In this document: one piece after another, positions 8,273-12,279 of the stretch
Layout: every line of letters begins with the position of its first letter
How positions within the stretch are numbered: the stretch's first letter is position 1
Assembly (NCBI GenBank): GCA_030141605.1
Contig: JAQGDQ010002164.1
Coordinates: 1-12,279 of the forward strand
Length of the DNA: 12,279 nucleotides
Direction of reading: 5' to 3'
DNA from: Tubiluchus corallicola
Taxonomy: Eukaryota > Animalia > Priapulida
Notes under the pieces: model-generated
Seen by the model: the letters and a program-made list of their open reading frames with translations, nothing else
What the model was told of the DNA's origin: nothing
Databases searched by the model: none
Made by a program: the position numbers and the translations under genes

Positions 8273-8510
8273 CACGTGCATCAAAGGAAGTTTTCATGAG
8301 AATGACCCGGATGTGAAAACAACTACGCCAACAACCAATCAAGAGCCTGCAGAGCTGAGCGCGTGATTCAGTATACTGCCTATTAAGGTCTATGCACGTG
8401 ATCCGCCTGTGTTAACAAGACAATAACCAATCAGCAGTGTGTAGGTGGGTCATGTCATCTGTCCAGAGTAGTATTTAAGGAGGGCAGATCCAGAGGATGA
8501 GACATTCGCT
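8273..8510 (+). promoter_or_regulatory. Pol II promoter-like region in the LTR
   Basis: CACGTG at 8273 and 8395, AACCAATCA boxes (CCAAT at 8335 and 8427), TATTTAA at 8472-8478, and Inr-like CATTC ~32 nt downstream (A at 8504). Confidence 0.55.
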
Positions 8511-8538
8511 GCTGACAAGGTCTGCTACGACAAGGCCT

Positions 8539-8683
8539 GCTAACAAGCTTTGCTATCTCAAGAGCTCCTAACAAACTCTGCTAACACAAGAGTTGCTAAC
8601 AAGCTCTGTTATCTCAAGAGCTGCTGACAAACTCTGTTAACACAAGAGTTGCTAACAAGCTCTGTTATCTCAAGAGCTGCTAA
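8539..8683 (+). repeat. 56-bp tandem repeat (2.6 copies) built from alternating 28-bp hairpin subunits
   Basis: GCTAACAAGCT recurs at 8539, 8595 and 8651. Confidence 0.95.
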
Positions 8684-8710
8684 TTATAAGCCCTGAACCA
8701 TGATAAAGCA

Positions 8711-8720
8711 ATTAAATAAA
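8711..8720 (+). terminator. Candidate polyadenylation signal (overlapping ATTAAA/AATAAA) of the LTR
   Basis: ATTAAATAAA lies ~200 nt downstream of the putative start site within the LTR-like region. Confidence 0.45.
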
Positions 8721-9211
8721 TAATTCAAAATTGTCTATCAAAGCCAACATTTCTCCAATGGCAGTTTTCCTGCTATTAACTTCAAGAACTAATTTGTGCT
8801 GAAGTGTGCCTTAGGCTTAACAGTCAGATGAACCCAAGCCATTGGTGCAAAGTACCATCGTCTGCACACCTTTCTGTTACGTGATCCCCTAGCCGCGTTA
8901 CAGTATTGTTTGGTAAATTAATGCAGTAATGTATTTTATAAATCTGCAATTATTAGTATTGTATAAGTACCTTTGCTGATTTTGATTGTTTTCAATTGTT
9001 GTGCAGTTGTAAGATTTGTAGATGGTACATTGTAATTTTTGTTTGTGTGAATTAATGTGATTTTTTGTTTTGTTTTGCAATGCTAAAGTGTTAAAATTAG
9101 CTAGAAATTAATTATTGATTGTAGATTTCAAAGCAGAATTAGTATAGACACTATTGCTTTCATCAGTCATAAGGTTGTTTGTACACAAAAATTATATATA
9201 TATAATTATAT

Positions 9212-9271
9212 ATATACTTTAATTTACTATATATATATATATACATATATATATAGTAAATTAAAGTATAT
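9212..9271. repeat. 60-bp near-perfect AT-rich palindrome
   Basis: ATATACTTTAATTTACT (9212-9228) and AGTAAATTAAAGTATAT (9255-9271) flank a (TA)n centre. There is one mismatched pair (C9244). Confidence 0.92.
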
Positions 9272-9590
9272 GGCAAGTCTATATGAGTTAATAATAGTCA
9301 GTGTGCAATTGTCATGTATTTCGAATGTTATAACATGATCTTCTGCAGATGTGACTAAAATGTGCTAGAAAAATGTTTATACACATGCCAGAAGTACTGC
9401 AATCGTACTTTAAGCGAAGCAGTTTTCTCATGCCATTGTTGTAATGGAATACCCAGTCAATATATCGCACCATTACTATAATTAGTCCATAAAGACATAC
9501 AGGAAACGTTGCAGCAGTAACTCTTATATAACAACGTCTGAGCGCACAGAAAATTTTCTTATCAAAGTGTTAATCCGTAGAGTAAAAAAA

Positions 9591-9680
9591 CGTATATAAA
9601 AAAATATATCCGTATATAAAAATACGTCCGTTTATATCCGTTTATATAAATATATCCGTTTATATCCGTATATAAAAAAA
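9591..9680. repeat. Short irregular tandem repeat of TATATCCGT(A/T) with A-runs
   Basis: TCCGT(A/T)TATAT recurs five times in ~70 bp. Confidence 0.8.
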
Positions 9681-10772
9681 ACTAATAGAAGAATTGAATG
9701 TCACAGTTGTTGCTTAGATTAGTGCATATTATATTACAAAGATATTTCTCCTAAACACTTACAAACAATGCATCATTATCAAGGAATACTTTACCAGGTA
9801 TAGCGTGTTTTAAACGTGATAGCAAGAAATTTAAACATTTTCTTTTAGACAAATTAAAATCAATGTTTAGAAGATTAGCAAAGCTAGTGTAAGTAGATCA
9901 ACAATACTTATTTTTAGTTTCGGTTCCCTTGCATCAAACGGCTGTTCGGGACCATTTTAACCTTTCTCTTTGTGGCAATTCCAGATACCATAACTCATTT
10001 TTCTTGATATCGTTTACGTACAGTAATTAGTTTTTATGAGAACAATGTACTAAGTTAGGGCATGATGTTTCATAAAATTATGACTGGTATAATTAGAAAT
10101 CGCCTCACAGTTATCAAGAAAACTATAAAACTGACCTGCTTATCTGTTGCATATTAGTATGCAGATGTGTCGCGTTCATGACTGTGGAAGTTTATTGTAC
10201 AGGAAACCACCTTTCCCTGCAAAGTTACTGATTTACCTTTCTTAGTCAAAATTGTTTACCAGTCTTACTCGGAGTTTCCTTGTTTTAAAAGCAATATAAA
10301 AACGATCGTTGTAAATCAGTATGACATTTAAATAACATAACAGGGAAGAATCCCGGTAAAACAGTTTTTGTCAGTTCCCATACAGGTGGCTTACCTTTAA
10401 AAAGACCTTAAAAGGACGACAGATTAGTGTAATGACGTCTGGCGCCTATTTTCGAAATCAAAGTCAATTACCGCAAAGAACGTTAACTTTAAGCTCGAAT
10501 TAGCTTTTATCACGGCGAGTGTTTGCAAATTTTCTGTCTTAATGTTCACCCAGCTAGAAAAAATAAGCCCTATCTGTCTTTCAGGGATTAGGCTTTCCCA
10601 CGCTGAGCACTCGCAAGTTTTGTATCTGTTAGGAAATTAGCTTTTACAGAACAATCATGCAGTCAGCTAGAAAGGGATTAGTGTCTTTCTTCAAGTTGTA
10701 GATTCCAAACACTGATTGCAGCCCAAATCATCCTTAAATGTCATTATCCCAACCTTATGATCAAGGACACTG

Positions 10773-10774
<2 letters not shown>

Positions 10775-10851
<77 letters not shown>
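10775..10851. repeat. (CT)n dinucleotide microsatellite, ~38 units
   Basis: Directly visible, with a single G interruption at 10810. Confidence 0.99.
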
Positions 10852-10855
<4 letters not shown>

Positions 10856-11469
10856 CTATAAACTGTTCAGTTAGACTAAATTATCCCACCTTGAATACTT
10901 GATGGAACAATTGGATGGACTCCCTGTTTGCGCTAAGCATGGCATTATTATTGAGCTGATGCTAATCTTGTATCTTAATCCTATAAGCTGCTTAACAACC
11001 GAAGATTAAAGAAGCAACACGCTGTAAAATGACAACAAAACAATTTAGCGCTTTGTTGATTCGTAACAGCACAACAGAAGTTGTTTATATTTTCGTGATA
11101 GCAGTTTGAGGAAACAAACATGAGCCACATGATAACACTAGTAAAGAGCGATTTTTTAAAACTTATTTGGCAATAATTGTGACGTATTTGTAAAACTTTC
11201 GCTCAAGTCTCAGATCTCGTATTAATTGCCACACAGCAGCAGGGAATGTCAGATTAACAAATTCCTATTTTATTATCATACTGAAGGCGTTTTTTGAAAA
11301 TTATTTATGAAAATAAATGTGTTTTGACGTGTCCAGCAAATACTTACTTATTTCTACTTGCATTTATTTTAGGAATTTTGTTTTTCTAAGTCGATTAGCT
11401 CTTACTATCTTCTCAAGATGTTTACAAAGAATCTCACAATGACAGGTAAAAGGAAGTTTATGGATGAAT

Positions 11470-11835
11470 GACTGGCGTCAGGCTATTAGGATTTATGCCA
11501 TTCATCCCGTGAAAAACCATTTAGGTAATTTCTAGTGAACTGACCAGCTGCATGTTCTCTAGGATTTGAGCAAATTATCTTTCAGTTAATCGGCTTAGAC
11601 CTGGATGAAGCTTTTGTTGTTGAGAAGAACGAGTCGTGTTTGTAAATTGAGCTGTCATTTAGAAAATGAGCGTCTGCATTCAAGCCACAAGCTTTTATCT
11701 GTAAACAAAGAAGCTTTGAAATCTTAAGCTCCTCTGAAGTTCAAAACCTGCGGCATTAAGTCAAAGTCCCTCAATTTTCAGCTTTGGAGGCTGGGATAAT
11801 GAGATGCTTTATTGTGACATTGGTGTATCATTGCT
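11470..11835 (+). repeat. Copy B of the diverged non-coding direct repeat (partner 289-652)
   Basis: Same ordered blocks as copy A, offset ~11.2 kb. Confidence 0.85.
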
Positions 11836-12279
11836 ATATTATAATAAGTCTTGTATGACTGTAGAAAAATTTCCATTGCATTTGACATAAAACCAAATAT
11901 GAAACTCTCCATTTATATGACATTAGCAGATTTTGATCAAGAGAAGCGCTAGCGCATTTCACTCTTGAGCCCCTCCCAGTACTCTACAATCACTATTAGA
12001 GAAAGGTGGAAGAGTGTTTTAAATCGAAATTAAACAGGGAAAATTAGCCGTTAAAGGGATAGCGAGCGATTTGAGGGATAGAAATTGTGCTTAAATTGTG
12101 CCATGAACTAGTAAAAAAAGCGAAAGTATGACGGGGTGTGATAAACATTGAAGTTTGATTGTTGAAAGGCAGTAGATTTACGTTTGTGAAGTTCTTTTTG
12201 TCAGGCGATTTTTTAGCAACTGAAGGAATTCTTATTTTGTAAATTTACGTTACAGAATAGACACCGACTTTCTCTTACA

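Larger units (their letters stand above)
8183..8902 (+). mobile_element. Probable 3' long terminal repeat (TG...CA)
   Basis: Follows the PPT and starts with TG. Contains CCAAT boxes, a TATA-like box, tandem repeats and AATAAA in U3-R-U5 order. Ends GTTACA at 8902 where composition turns AT-rich (alternative end TTAACA at 8822). No second LTR is in the window. Confidence 0.65.

Noticed and set aside
8898-9080. 60-aa N/K/Q/T-rich minus ORF
   Set aside because: Low-complexity product of T-rich DNA with a non-ATG start and no recognisable motif.
289-11835. Copies A and B as the paired LTRs of one 11.5-kb retroelement, or as duplicated coding exons
   Set aside because: There are no TG...CA ends, PBS, PPT or gag-pol between them. 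The frames tested contain stops and the indels break frame.

Overview
AT-rich eukaryotic (probably invertebrate animal) genomic DNA with no intact host gene that I can recognise and no prokaryotic signature. It is a mosaic of repeats and decayed transposons. In order: a ~52-copy 32-bp hairpin minisatellite (1648-3310); a decayed minus-strand LINE ORF1 (~3580-4130); a CR1/L2-type RT remnant (5511-5668); a possible Harbinger-like MITE; a compound (CTTAT)n(CTTAC)n microsatellite; and the probable 3' end of an LTR retrotransposon (frameshifted coiled-coil ORF, polypurine tract, ~720-bp LTR with promoter motifs and a tandem hairpin array). A 387-bp internally deleted hAT element with a 5-bp TSD has inserted at the start of that LTR. 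Two diverged direct copies of a ~350-bp non-coding module (289-652 and 11470-11835) bracket the window and look like a duplicated cis-regulatory element. I found no convincing wholly new system. The best leads are the 5-bp-TSD hAT, the covarying LTR hairpins, the LTR element's accessory ORF and the duplicated enhancer-like module. All translations and alignments were done by eye.
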